From Eledone cirrhosa (Eukaryota): DNA of 64,000 bases. Positions 48,552 through 62,154 of the stretch are shown here, piece by piece. How positions within the stretch are numbered: the stretch's first letter is position 1; each line of letters begins with the position of its first letter. Under the pieces are notes generated by a model. The model saw only the letters and a list, made by a program, of their open reading frames with translations, was not told the DNA's origin and did not search any database. The stretch covers positions 19,282,001 through 19,346,000 of the forward strand of contig OZ024755.1 in the NCBI GenBank assembly GCA_964016885.1. The letters are read 5' to 3'. Position numbers and translations under genes: made by a program.

Positions 48552-49291
48552 AATAAAAATAGAAATAAAAATAAGAAAAATAAATAAAAAGAAAAGGAAC
48601 AAGCTTGATAGAGATGAAATATTTTTATAGTGTGATATCATAGAAAACAATTATTACAAAAAAAAACAAAACAACAAACAAACAATTATTCTAAATATTT
48701 ACAGCAATGGAGATAAATAAATGATTTCGTTAATTATTAAGTGATGATGATGATATTTAATAAAATATTAATATTAGTTAAACACATTAAAAATAACAAC
48801 AACAACAATTTCAAATAATATTTAGTAGTTATAAGGGAACATTTTCAAAGATCATTTGAAGCCAATTATATAAAATAAAATAAAAGAAAAGAAATAGAAA
48901 ATGAAAAAAAAACAAAAATTATAAAACAAAAAAAAAACAAAAAAACCCACATTGATAACTAATTTTCTATTATATAAATGTATATTTATATTTACATAAT
49001 TGATCATATAATACATTAAAAAAATAATAGAATAGTAATACTAGTAGCAGTAATAATGATAATTATAATAAAAATAGTTTCTGATTTAGGCACAAAGCCA
49101 GAAATTTCCGGGGAAGGGAAAGTCGATTAAATCGACCCCAGTGTGTGACTGGTACTTTATTTTATCAACCCTGTAAGGATGAAAAGCAAAGCTAACCTCG
49201 GCGGATTTGAATTCAGAACATAAAGGGCCATAACTCCATGCCGTGAAGCAGGGTGTCCGACCCTCTACCGATACTGCCAATCCACCGCCCC

Positions 49292-49330
<39 letters not shown>

Positions 49331-49657
49331 GAATAATATGAAAGGTATTAGATATAAACTAAAAAGAAGGAAATAGTGTCATGATACCTAAGACCACTGG
49401 ATGTGGTCCACCATCTTGACTAAACCAGAAATTTAAAATCAATCCTGAGGATGGACATAATAGTAATAATTGTTTCTACTTTAGGCACAAGGCCAGCAAA
49501 TTACCCAGTGCATTACTGGTACTTTATTTTATCGACCCCGTAAGGATGAAAGGCAAAGTTAACTTCGGCGGGATTTGAACACAGAATGGAAAGGGCCGTA
49601 ACTCTATGCTGCAAAGCATGGCGTCAGACCTAACGATTCTGCCAAGTCACCGCCCTT

Positions 49658-49698
<41 letters not shown>

Positions 49699-49917
49699 TT
49701 TCATTTATTGGTCACAAGGGCTGACATGTAGGGGACATAATAATAATAATACTTGAAAGAATAAAAAGGAGTCAATTGCACATTAAATTGGATTCTAATT
49801 TGAAATAATTTTCCATTTTTTTTCTGTTGACATTTTTGTGTTGTGTAACAGATCTGGATATCACATTGTCCAACTAGAGACAGACATAAATAATTAGAAG
49901 GAGTAAAGAATTTAACA

Positions 49918-49941
49918 GCATATACATATATATATACACAC

Positions 49942-49977
<36 letters not shown>

Positions 49978-50036
49978 GTATGTGTGTGTATGTTTGTGTG
50001 CATATATACTCACAGATATACAACAAAAACATATAT

Positions 50037-50067
<31 letters not shown>

Positions 50068-50101
50068 CATACATATATATATATATATACATACATATAT
50101 A

Positions 50102-50137
<36 letters not shown>

Positions 50138-50908
50138 CATACATATATATATATATACATACATATATACATATATACATACATATATACATACATATAT
50201 ATATATATATACATACATATATATATATATACATACATATATATATATATACATACATATATATATATATACATACATATATATATATATACATACATAT
50301 ATATATATATACATACATATATATATATATACATACATATATATATATATACATACATATATATATATATACATACATATATATATATATACATACATAT
50401 ATATATATATACATACATATATATATATATACATACATATATATATATATATACATACATATATATATACATACATATATATATATATATACATACATAT
50501 ATATATACATACATATATATATATACATACATATATATATATACATACATATATATATATATACATACATATATATATATACATACATACATATATATAT
50601 ATACATACATATATATATATATACATACATATATATATATACATACATATATATATATATACATACATATATATATATATATACATACATACATATATAT
50701 ACATACATACATACATACATATACATACATACATACATACATATACATACGTATACATATATATACATACATACATACATACATACATATACATACGTAT
50801 ACATATACATACATACATACATACATACATATACATACATACATATACATACATATACATACATACATATACATACATACATACATACATACACATACAT
50901 ACACATAC

Positions 50909-50953
<45 letters not shown>

Positions 50954-51344
50954 CATATATATATATACATATATATATATACATATATATATATACATAT
51001 ATATATATACATATACATATATATATATACATATATATATATACATATATATATATACATATATATATACATATATATATATACATATATATATATACAT
51101 ATATATATATACATATATATATATACATATATATATATACATATACATATATACATATACATATATATATATACATATATATATATACATATATACATAT
51201 ATACATATATATATATACATATATACATATATACATATACATATATACATATACATATATACATATACATATATACATATACATATACATATATACATAT
51301 ACATATACATATATACATATATATATATACATATATATATATAC

Positions 51345-51415
<71 letters not shown>

Positions 51416-51450
51416 CATATATATATATATATATACATATATATACATAC

Positions 51451-51483
<33 letters not shown>

Positions 51484-51579
51484 CATACATATATATATAT
51501 ATATATACATACATATATATATATATATATACATACATATATATATATACATACATATATATATATACATACATATACA

Positions 51580-51631
<52 letters not shown>

Positions 51632-51637
51632 CACATA

Positions 51638-51669
<32 letters not shown>

Positions 51670-51689
51670 CATATATATATATATACACA

Positions 51690-51723
<34 letters not shown>

Positions 51724-51842
51724 CATATACATATATATATATATACACATATATATATATATATACACATATATATATATACACACATATATATATATAC
51801 ACATATATATATATATATACACATATATATATATATATACAC

Positions 51843-51884
<42 letters not shown>

Positions 51885-52098
51885 ATATATATATATAAAC
51901 ATATATATATATATATACACACATATATATATATACACATATATATATATATACACATATATATATATATACACATATATATATATATATACACATATAT
52001 ATATATATACACATATATATATATATACATACATATATATATATACACATATATATATATATACACATATATATATATATACACATATATATATACAC

Positions 52099-52131
<33 letters not shown>

Positions 52132-52183
52132 TATATATGTATGTATATATACATATATACACATATATATATACACATATATG

Positions 52184-52215
<32 letters not shown>

Positions 52216-52242
52216 CACATATATATACATATATATATATAT

Positions 52243-52281
<39 letters not shown>

Positions 52282-52465
52282 TATATATATACACATATAT
52301 ATATATATATACACATATATATATATATACATACATATATATATATATACATACATATATATATATATACACACATATATATATATATACATACACACAC
52401 AAACACACATACCAGTATACATATATACAAACATATATATGATTATATATATATTTATATATATT
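49918..52465. repeat. About 2.5-kb compound (AT)n/(ACAT)n microsatellite
   Basis: Almost uninterrupted purine-pyrimidine alternation. Confidence 0.98.
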
Positions 52466-53782
52466 TTATGGGTGTATAATAACTAAGAGCTGTGTAATAC
52501 AACCTGTAGCTAACTACTTGTCTTTAAATGCAATGGAAATAAATGTTATAAAATGCAATAATTTTCTGCTTGAATAAACAGAAAAATAGAATAGAAAATT
52601 AGATATAACAAAATACAATAGTTCATAGATATAGTTATTCCTTTACACAACCACTGGTAATGGCTTTCTGTCATCAATGGTTTGGTTGTTAGTTACCAAC
52701 AAACATTAACTGTTCGTTGCTAGTGATCACTGGTTATTTGATACCAGAAATTTACTGGTGTCGTTGCTGCTTAACAGCAACCATTGGTCATTGGTTAAAG
52801 TTAAAGTCTCTCTTGAACTTGGAGGCTTTATTATGCTGGTGCTTATCCCCGGTTTCCTTGGCGTTAAGCAACTGAGAGTATACAACTCTCCTTGGATAGG
52901 ATGCCGATCTATCACAGGATTAACTTCCCAGTCACTGCTGGTACTCACTCTCAGCTGAGTGTACTGGAGCAATGTGAAATCAAGTGTTTCGCTCAAGAAC
53001 CCAACACACAACTCAGTCAAGGAATCGAACCGATGCCATTACAATCATACATCAAGCATCCTAACCATTATGCCATTGGTCATTGTAAGCAGTATTTAGT
53101 TACTAAATTTGCAATTCTTGGTTTGCTTGTAGGTCACCTAGCAACTATTGGTTGATGAATTGTTACCACATTAATTTAGTAGCTGAATACTTTGCCTTTA
53201 ATTGTTAGTTTGGCTGCCAGTTATCATGCCAATAATCGTTTATTTGGATACTGGTTAAACATACCAGTAATTATTAACTTAATTGCTAGTTACCACATAC
53301 CTGCCAACCTCTAAAAACCCAAATGGGGAGTACCATGAAAAAAAGTGCCTCAAAACAGGGAGAAATGAGACAAAATGGGGAGATTTTACATAATGAAAGC
53401 TATACCCATTTTCTCAAAAGAAGACATCTCTCACCAACCCCAAAGTGGGTCGAAGATCTCCCCGTTGGATGGGGAGATTTGACAGGTCTGTTACCATACC
53501 ATTTCTCAATTTGTTTGCTGGCTACCATATTAGCAACCATTGGCTTTATTGCTGGTCATCATTTCTAGCAATCATTAGTTCAGTAGCTAATTACTCACAA
53601 TCATAGGCTCCTTGTTGGTTCCCAATGTTTCCCCAAAGCTTACTTTATCATAAGGGATGCTATCATTGCTACTAGCTACAGCCAAAAGTCTGTGGTTATA
53701 TCACAAACCAAACCAACAAGCAATTTAATCTTACATGACAGACACTACGTATTTGGCAACAGTTACAAATTATCAATGTTAG

Positions 53783-54071
53783 CAGGGCCAGTGCTACCAT
53801 ATAGGCAAACTAGGCAGCCGCCTCGGACGCTGATTTCAGGGGGAGCCATTTCTCCAAATCAACAACAATTTTGAAAAATAAATAAATAAATAAATTTCAG
53901 TTTATTGAGGGTCGTTTTTTTATCCTGGTTTATTTCATACAGAGACAAATAAATGTTAAAAATCTTTTTAAATTTAATGTTTATAAATATTGAAATTGAT
54001 ATCTTCCTGCTGGGGGATGGGGGCAGAATCTAACCTTGCCTAGGGTGCCAGATAGTCTGGCACCAGCCCTG
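53783..54071. mobile_element. hAT-type MITE
   Basis: TIR CAGGGCCAGTGC...GCACCAGCCCTG with 8-bp TSD AATGTTAG/ATTGTTAG. Confidence 0.75.
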
Positions 54072-55649
54072 ATTGTTAGCCAGCTAACATTGTTTGTAAT
54101 AACAGTTTTACTCCACTTTTCAATCAAGCACCGACTCATTTCGTTACTTGTTTTTCTTTTACAATATTTTAATTTTTAGCCATTTAGGCTATTATAAACA
54201 TATATCATGGTTATAAGAATCCCAATGCTTCAGGGTTTCTGTATTTATTTTTCTTGCATTGCCATTAATTAATAACAAGAATACCATGTGTACGTATGTG
54301 TACAAATGTGTACGTACGTGTACATATGTACATGTGCGGTATATAAATATGAGTGCACATGTGAGTTTAAGTGAAGATGAAGAAGAGATAATGTCATAAT
54401 TGATAGGAATCTTGTTTAATTGGGGAAGAGCCAGGTTGAATATCATGTAGAGATTTGGGAACATTGGAATGGTGAGGCAAAGTCTATGATGCCCTATTAT
54501 GTTTTGATTTATTTTGCCTTGGCACAAAGGACCTATTTTTCTTTTAAGGGATAAGGATATCAATTATTTTATTGATCTTGATACGAGAGAGCAAGAGAAA
54601 GAGATTGATAGATAGATAGATAGAGTTGAAAGATAAAGTTAAATCCAACAGGATTTTATCTCATCACCAGTAAAGCTTTGTGGACATTTAAGTTAACACA
54701 AAGACCCTATATTTTGGGAAAGATGAAATGTAATGACATTTATGAATTTCTCAGAGCCATCAACAGTGTAAGGGAAGTGAAATCACATCAACCAGAATCA
54801 AAACTAAATATATTTTACTCAATACATATTGCACTCTTGGTTATGCAGAAAGTCAACACTTTTTTAAAAAATATTTTTTAAAGAGAAAAACATAGTCAAT
54901 CCCTGTAGGACTTGAAGTGAGGATGCTTCACCATTTGGGTAAATTTCACCACCCTTAATTCATAAATGTTTTTATTGAGGTTTTTACATATTTGCTTCAT
55001 CTTTTCAATAATTAACTTTCATAATTAAATTAGACTTTCTGTACAGTTTGAATTAATTATTTTGAATTCTTTAAAAAACAAAAATCAAAACAATAACTGT
55101 TAGTATTTCCAAATAACATTAATTAAACAACAATTAAATAAGTTATAATTAGTCAAAGGTTTTGCAACTGAATAGTTTTATAATATTATTATTATTTTTT
55201 ATCAGTATATTCCCAATAATAAAGACTGAATCTTTGGATTTACTATTATCCCTTCCTGGCAATAATGCATATAAATTCTTTGCAGACATTCCTAAACGTG
55301 AAGTTAAGTCCTGTTGGATAATTATGTAATTTTTGTCTTTGGAAATATAAAGTGAGAGACTCGGGTGAGATATTAATTGTCTGAAGGAAAGTTTGTACTT
55401 AAGCAAAATAAAAATCCCTTTCTTGCAATATTTAGTTTACATATACTCAACTGATACTCAAAATGGATTTTTTTTTTCTTTATCTTTTTCTTTGGAATAT
55501 TTTCCATGTAACATGGCTGGTTGTTCATGAAGCTTTTTAGTGACAATTTCAGAATAATTTCAGTAGAGCTTTACTCCTTTCAATGGTAGTATATTTTACC
55601 ATTAAGAATTATTATATTTATAGGTAGATATTGTTCTAATGTTACTAGA

Positions 55650-56030
55650 GCTAACTTGGACATATTCGTTGGATGGAAGACGCCTACATCTCAATAGACC
55701 TCATGTATGGAGTGTTCATTGGAAGACTCTGCTGAACAGTTTATCTGCTTCTGTACTTCAAGTAACTGTGTAAGAAAAAACTTCAAGGTAAGATTGCCAA
55801 GCAGAAAGGCAGTGGTGTATAACTCAAGATACCCTTAGTGGAAAAAAAGGAGGGCAAGGTGGAGGGAGAGGATGAGAGATCACCATCTGACCAAGAAGAT
55901 GTACCAAATGTAACAGAGGCAGCAGAACCAATTATTATACTCTTCAGCTTTTTATACATGTAGAGGCAGTGTGGCAATGCCTGTTACAGGAGAGTGGGAC
56001 TACCGACTTCTGAGTCACCACCAGAAATGG
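55650..56030 (+). mobile_element. Decayed RTE (BovB-like) 3' ORF fragment
   Basis: LGHIRWMED...DLMYG... followed by a frameshifted C-x2-C...H zinc-finger-like remnant. Confidence 0.6.
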
Positions 56031-56959
56031 TAAGTAAAACTGAAATGACTACAGGCCATTAATATTGTCATCTCAAATCAATCAAATGCTGATACAATAT
56101 TATAGGAATGACAATAGTAGAACATTGTTTTCTTCTAAATAAGAGAAAACTATTTATCTCTCTAGATAGAAATAACAAATAACTAAATAAATAAATATTT
56201 AAATATGACTCACTATTTAATGGTAGGTTACCAATTACAGTTTTGAAACTTAGTTCTCTTAGAGATTATTTTTTTATATAACCATCAGCATACAATTAAT
56301 TAACTATGAGATCATAATTGTATGTTTTTATACAAATTATTTAAATATTTAATAACTCAACAATGTTTTGTTTATATATATATATATGTGTGTGTGTTTG
56401 TGTGTATGTGTTGTATGAAGGTGGTGCTGCAGCATGGCCAAAGTTATGAGGGCGAAATAGAAATAAAGAACATGAATGCACCCACACATTATATATATAA
56501 TATATATACCACAGGTGCCAGTTACCGATTTAACAATTATATAATAACTACTCAGCATGTCATTGAAATACATATAATGTAATAATTACAATTATGCAAA
56601 CATAACATTTGTCTTAACGTTTTTTCATATTCATATATATATATTCTAAGATACGAAACTTGAATATCAAAATATAACTGCAAAAATTATGTTATATACA
56701 TAACTGATTTATCATTACTATTGATATTTAGTGAATCATAATTAGACGTTTAAGTAATTATTCCAGTATAATTAGACATAAGGATTCTCATCTACTGATC
56801 ATATCTAATGGGTTTTGAATTAAAGAGAAGCTTTAACATTCAGTTTCTTGTTTTATTACAATTTATTATCACTTAGTCAACTCGTTTAAGTTAATCCCTG
56901 TATAGATGAACCCTTCTGATACTAACCCACATGAAACCACTTCTTGGTTTTGCAATAAA

Positions 56960-57210
56960 AAAACCTGTTTACTTTAAATGGTTCTGAATTACAAAACTGT
57001 TTGTTTTATTGGGTTCTACAATGCAAAAAGGCTCATTTTAATTAGTTCTGCATTACAAAACTGTTTGTTTTATTGGGTTCTACAATGCAAAAAGGCTCAT
57101 TTTAATTAGTTCTGCATTACAAAACTGTTTGTTTTAATGGGTTCTGTAATGGGAGAAAAACTGTTTATTTTAACTGCTACTGCAATACAAAATTGTTTAT
57201 TTTAAATTGT
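56960..57210. repeat. 64-bp tandem repeat made of about 32-bp subunits
   Basis: TTACAAAACTGTTTGTTTTA recurs at 56989, 57053 and 57117. Confidence 0.8.
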
Positions 57211-57532
57211 TCATAAATATATTTTAACAATTCTAATATAGTTTTATGTAAGAACTTTTCGTTGAATAATGCTTCAAACACCAGCTTATTAATGAAAAAA
57301 GTTTGTCATTTTACTAAATTCCTCAAACTATTTCAAAGATTAATTGAAACCCATTGACAGCATATTTCAATAGAAATATAGTAACAAAAGGGTTAATTGA
57401 ATGGAAGAGCTAATGCATACCTCTTTATATGTCAGAATGGGTTCTTATGTAGATCAAGTACTATAACTGCCCCAAATGTAGATTAAAATATTGTCACTAA
57501 TAGCATTCTACAATTAAAAAATATTATAATAA

Positions 57533-60025
57533 TAATTGTTTCTACTTTTGGCACAAGGCCAGCAATTTTAATGGGAGGGGAAAATCGATTAAATTGACCC
57601 TAGGGCACTAATATCACTTTATTTTATCGACCCCCGTAAGGATGAAAGGCAAAGCTAACCTCAGCGGGATTTGAACACAGACCGTACAGGGGTGTAACTC
57701 TATGCTGCAAAGCATGTTCTCCAACACTCTACTGATACTGCCAATCCACTGCCAACACTGCTCTTATAATAATAATAATTGTTTCTACTTTTGGCACAAG
57801 GCCAGCAATTACCCAGTGTATTACTGGTACTTTATTTTATCGACCCCATAAGGATGAAAGGCAAAGTTAACCTCGGCGGGATTTGAACTCAGAATGGCAA
57901 GGGCCATGATAATTCCTGGTTGCCTTAAAATCAGTGAGTTATAAAACATCATTCTTATGGGTTCTTCACACATTTTGCACAAGATTCTTTCCATTATAGG
58001 CACAGAAATTATATACACCCACTCAAACATATACACCCTCAAACATATGCATACACTCAAATATATATATACACACTCACTCACTGAAACTTCTGCATTA
58101 TCTTACCAGTCTTACAACTACATGGTTTATTGGTATATATTGGTATATATTGGTATATCACCTCTTAATGCTGACGAGCTTGCTGTCTCTTGTCATTTCT
58201 GGGTGAGATTTGGAAACAGCTCGTACAAACAAAGGCAAAAGCAAAATATAATAATAATTGTTTCTACTTTTGGCACCAGGCCAGCAATTATCCCAGTGCA
58301 TTACTGGTACTTTATTTTTATCAACCCCGTAAGGATGAAAGGCAAAGTTAACCTCGGCGGGATTTGAACTCAGATCATAAAGGGAGGTAACTATGCTTCA
58401 AAGCATGGCGCCCGACCCTCTACCGTTACTGCCAATCCAACGCCTTAAAATATAATAATAATAATGATTTCTAATATAGGCACAAGGCCAGCAATTTGGG
58501 GAGAGTGGCAAGTCGATTAAATTGAACCAGACGTTACTGGTACTTTATTTTATCAACTCCATAACGATGAAAGGCAAAGCTAACCTCAGTGATATTTGAA
58601 CTCAGAACTTAAAGGACCATAACTCTATGTTACAAAGCATGGTGTCTGACGCTCTACTGATATTGCCAATCCACCACCCTAATAATAATAATAAAAATAA
58701 TAATAATTTCTAACACAAGCACAAGGCCAGATATTTGTGGGGAGGGGTTAATTGATCAAATCCTACCCCCATTACATGACTGTTACTATATGATCATAAT
58801 GACAGAGGGCAATAGCTTTAAATGTATTTAATGTATTATATTAGATGAAATATTGAATAACTTATACCGTTTTTTCCCCAATAAATTTAACATTTGGAAT
58901 ATGGTTTAGCTGCTTAAAAATACATGAAATTGGTGGGATATAAAGAAAATGGTAAAAAAATAATAAAGGGAGCAAAGGTCCCTACCTCCACCTCTTGAGA
59001 AGAAAACAAACAAAACAAGGCATGCTTTTGATCTTGAGTAATAAAAAGAAATATCTTCAGTGATGGGGGTGAATCATGTTTTTTTATATATAATTCTTAA
59101 TGAATGAAGGGATGATAAATGGAAAGGATGTGTGTATGGGGTCGGGATGACTGTGTGCGCGTGTTTGTGGATGTGTCTGTGTACATGAATGTGTATGTGT
59201 GGATGTGCATGTAGATGTATGTGTGTGTGTGTGTGAGTGTGCATCTGTGTGTGTTTGCTGATGGATGTTTGTGTATGTATGTGCATCTGTGTGTGTGTGA
59301 GTGTGTGTGTGTGTGTGTGAGTGTGCATCTGTGTGTGTTTGCTGATGGATGTTTGTGTATGTATGTGCATCTGTGTGTGTGTGAGTGTGTGTGAGTGTGC
59401 ATCTGTGTCTGAGTGTTTGTGGCGGGGGAACAGAAAACCAAAAAAAAACAACAACAATGACAAGATAAATAATTCTGAATGAAGAAATTATGGTTGAACG
59501 AGGACATGCAATGTGGGAGGAAGGGGGATGTGTGGAAAATAGGTGCAAAAATAATGATTTCTACTATAGACACAAAGCCAGCAATTTTGGGGGAGGAGAA
59601 AGTCAATTAAATTGACCCCAGTGCATTACTGGTACTTTATTTTATCGACCCCGTAAGGATAAAAGGCAAAGCTAACCTCGGCAGGATTTGAATCCAGAAC
59701 GTAAAGGGGCGTAACTCTGTGCCACAAAGCACACTGTCCGACACAAAACTGATACTGCCAATCCACCGTCCCTGGTTGTAAAAATAATGAAGCCTTAACA
59801 TAATTATTTCAAATTTAGGCAGAAAGCCGGTAGTTTTTTCTCAAGGTGAGGGGAAATAGATTATATTGACCCCCAGTACTTGACTGGTGCTTTATTTTAT
59901 CGACCCTGGATGGATGAAAGGCAAAGCTGACCTCGGCAGGTTTTGAAACCAGAATGTAGAAATTTTTAACCTAATGCTTCAAGGCATTTTAGCCAATGTT
60001 CTACTGATCCTGTGAGTCCACTGCT
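57533..60025 (-). mobile_element. Cluster of at least 7 co-oriented SINE-A copies
   Basis: Copies start near 57533, 57777, 58255, 58465, 58705, 59555 and 59805, often separated by (AAT)n. Confidence 0.85.
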
Positions 60026-61989
60026 CTTAGTCTCAACATAATTAATGAAAATATATTTAAATAATTTTAAAATGGAAGATAAATTGTAGCTATATGAAAT
60101 TATTTTAATCTCAGGTTTAACTTAAAAATAAGAAAAACATCTTTTTCAAACCCACAAAACATCAAAAAATGATATCTACAAATGATGAAACTCATAGCAA
60201 TGTAAAAAAAGTTTTGATGGTGAGATTTTTTATCCTTTTAAAAAATTTATCAGAATGACTGACTGATATATATCATGAAGATATAACATTATCTAATCTT
60301 GCTGATGTCATCTTCAAAGCTATCCTAACCTTAATACTAAATTTAGTTAGAGAATATTTGACTTAATAACAAATTACAAATATAAAACTATTTCAGAAAG
60401 ACAAAAATCTTTAAAAAAAAAAGGACAAGGAGAAAAAAAAAGCAATTTTCTGGATCTGACCAAGGAATCTATGTTTCAATTGATAATACTATCTGTTGGT
60501 CAGAACTCTTAATAGAAGTGTCACTGCTTTTCAGGTGACAAAAGGTGGATTTCAAATTCAGAATACTCGGAGCCAGAACAGATATTGTAAGGCATCCCAT
60601 CTCTAACATTTTAACAATCTTGCCAATCATTGGCTCTTGGACTGGAACTTTATTTATTCATCCCCTGAAGAATGAAAGTTAAAGTTGACCTCGGTGGGAG
60701 CTAAATTCAGAGCACAGTGAGCCCTAATGTCTCTGTCAATTTACCACCTATAATGATGTATAACATAACAACAAAAACAACAATAGTAATAACAACTAAA
60801 AGAGGTTATTGATGTACATGAATGTGTTAAGTCAAAATATGTTGTTTCTAACTAAAATCCTTAAAGCATTCAAATAAGGAAAATATTATAAATTATAAAT
60901 ATATTGTTACTGTTATATTTAATATATTTTTTTTATGGAAGCAACTTTGATAATCTTTTCCCACTAATTCAATGCTGTAAGTGAATTTTATTCTATTTAT
61001 TGAGCTTTAATCAATCATTCAATAATCAATACCTATTTCTAAAAAATATTGTAAAAAAAAAGGATCAGGAATTTCTTTTAAAATAATGTGTTGATTTGAC
61101 AGATTTTGGTTTATAGAATTAAAGTACCACAGTGAATATAAGATTAGTGTGCTTAAGTTGAAAGTATTTGTTTCATTAAATTAAGTATTTTAAATAAATT
61201 ACAAAAAAAAAAAAAGAGATATAAATATATTGATATCATATAAAAACTAATATATTCAAAGCCGATTCTTTAATCAAACTTATTGATTTATCAGCATAAC
61301 CTCTTGAAAATGAGTTTTCTTGGGTGAGGTGAGGTAAATATTTAATAAGTAATAAAAATGAAAAGCCTTGCTCTATTTGTATGATAAAAATTAAAATAAC
61401 AAATGCAAAATATTTTGTTATATTCATCTTATGATGTATTTTGGTACAAAAAAAAAAATACACCAACAAAAAATGTTGAGTTATTAATATAGCTACAAAT
61501 GGTCAACCGAACTATTTTTGACATACTAGTCAAAAATACGATTAATTAAATATACATAGCTTCTCGCATACTGCTAACTTAATAATATAACTTACAGATG
61601 AAGTTATATGAAAGTTCCCAAGATCTGGACTTAAGAACTGGTAAAACAAGCTACAAGGAACTGGGGACAAGTTGGAATTGAAGATAAACAGATATTCTCT
61701 TCTTTTAGATATATACTTAAAGCATATTTAGACCATCTACTTAGCTGTTTATCTTAATATTTGGTAATTTTAATTGAATAATTAATACATTGATCTTAAT
61801 ATTGTATTGAGTGGAGCTTATAATATTAATTCTGATCATTTCAGGCAATTTATTAAATAACTAATTAATAAAATAATAACGTATTAATTAGTAAAAAAAA
61901 TTATAACTTGGTAGATGATGAGGTTAGATTGAAGAATTAAAGGAACAGTCTCCATTTTTCAAGGTTTTCAATTAAATGGAGCACAATAA

Positions 61990-62154
61990 TTATTCATCCT
62001 CCTGTTTTGCTGTGAGTTTTTCATGTTTCTTTGTTTTCTCATCAAATTTCTTTGACTTCCCGTTAAAACACTCCAAGAGAAAATCTTCCATGGTTTCGTG
62101 TAAATGTCTGAATGTATTACCAGTGTTCAGACTGTGTTGTTCATCAGTGTAAAT
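61990..62154 (-). CDS. Last exon of an S9B dipeptidyl peptidase 4/6/10-family gene (rest is outside the window)
   Basis: CAG| IYTDEQHSLNTGNTFRHLHETMEDFLLECFNGK...KLTAKQEDE*; matches the Y.DE.H...HL...M..F...CF C-terminal motif that carries the triad His. Confidence 0.85.
   Translation of the reverse strand: MYTDEQHSLNTGNTFRHLHETMEDFLLECFNGKSKKFDEKTKKHEKLTAKQEDE

Noticed and set aside
49874-52486. Six ORFs of 640-844 aa (YI/HT/MY-rich) plus a shorter one
   Set aside because: Artefacts of an alternating purine-pyrimidine microsatellite, which cannot contain stop codons
55624-56028. Exon-like segment bounded by TAG and GTAAGT
   Set aside because: Stops in all plus frames; the content is a decayed RTE 3' ORF
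58172-58228. CTGACGA...GAAAC...GTA hammerhead-like motif
   Set aside because: Stems I and II barely pair; too degenerate to support
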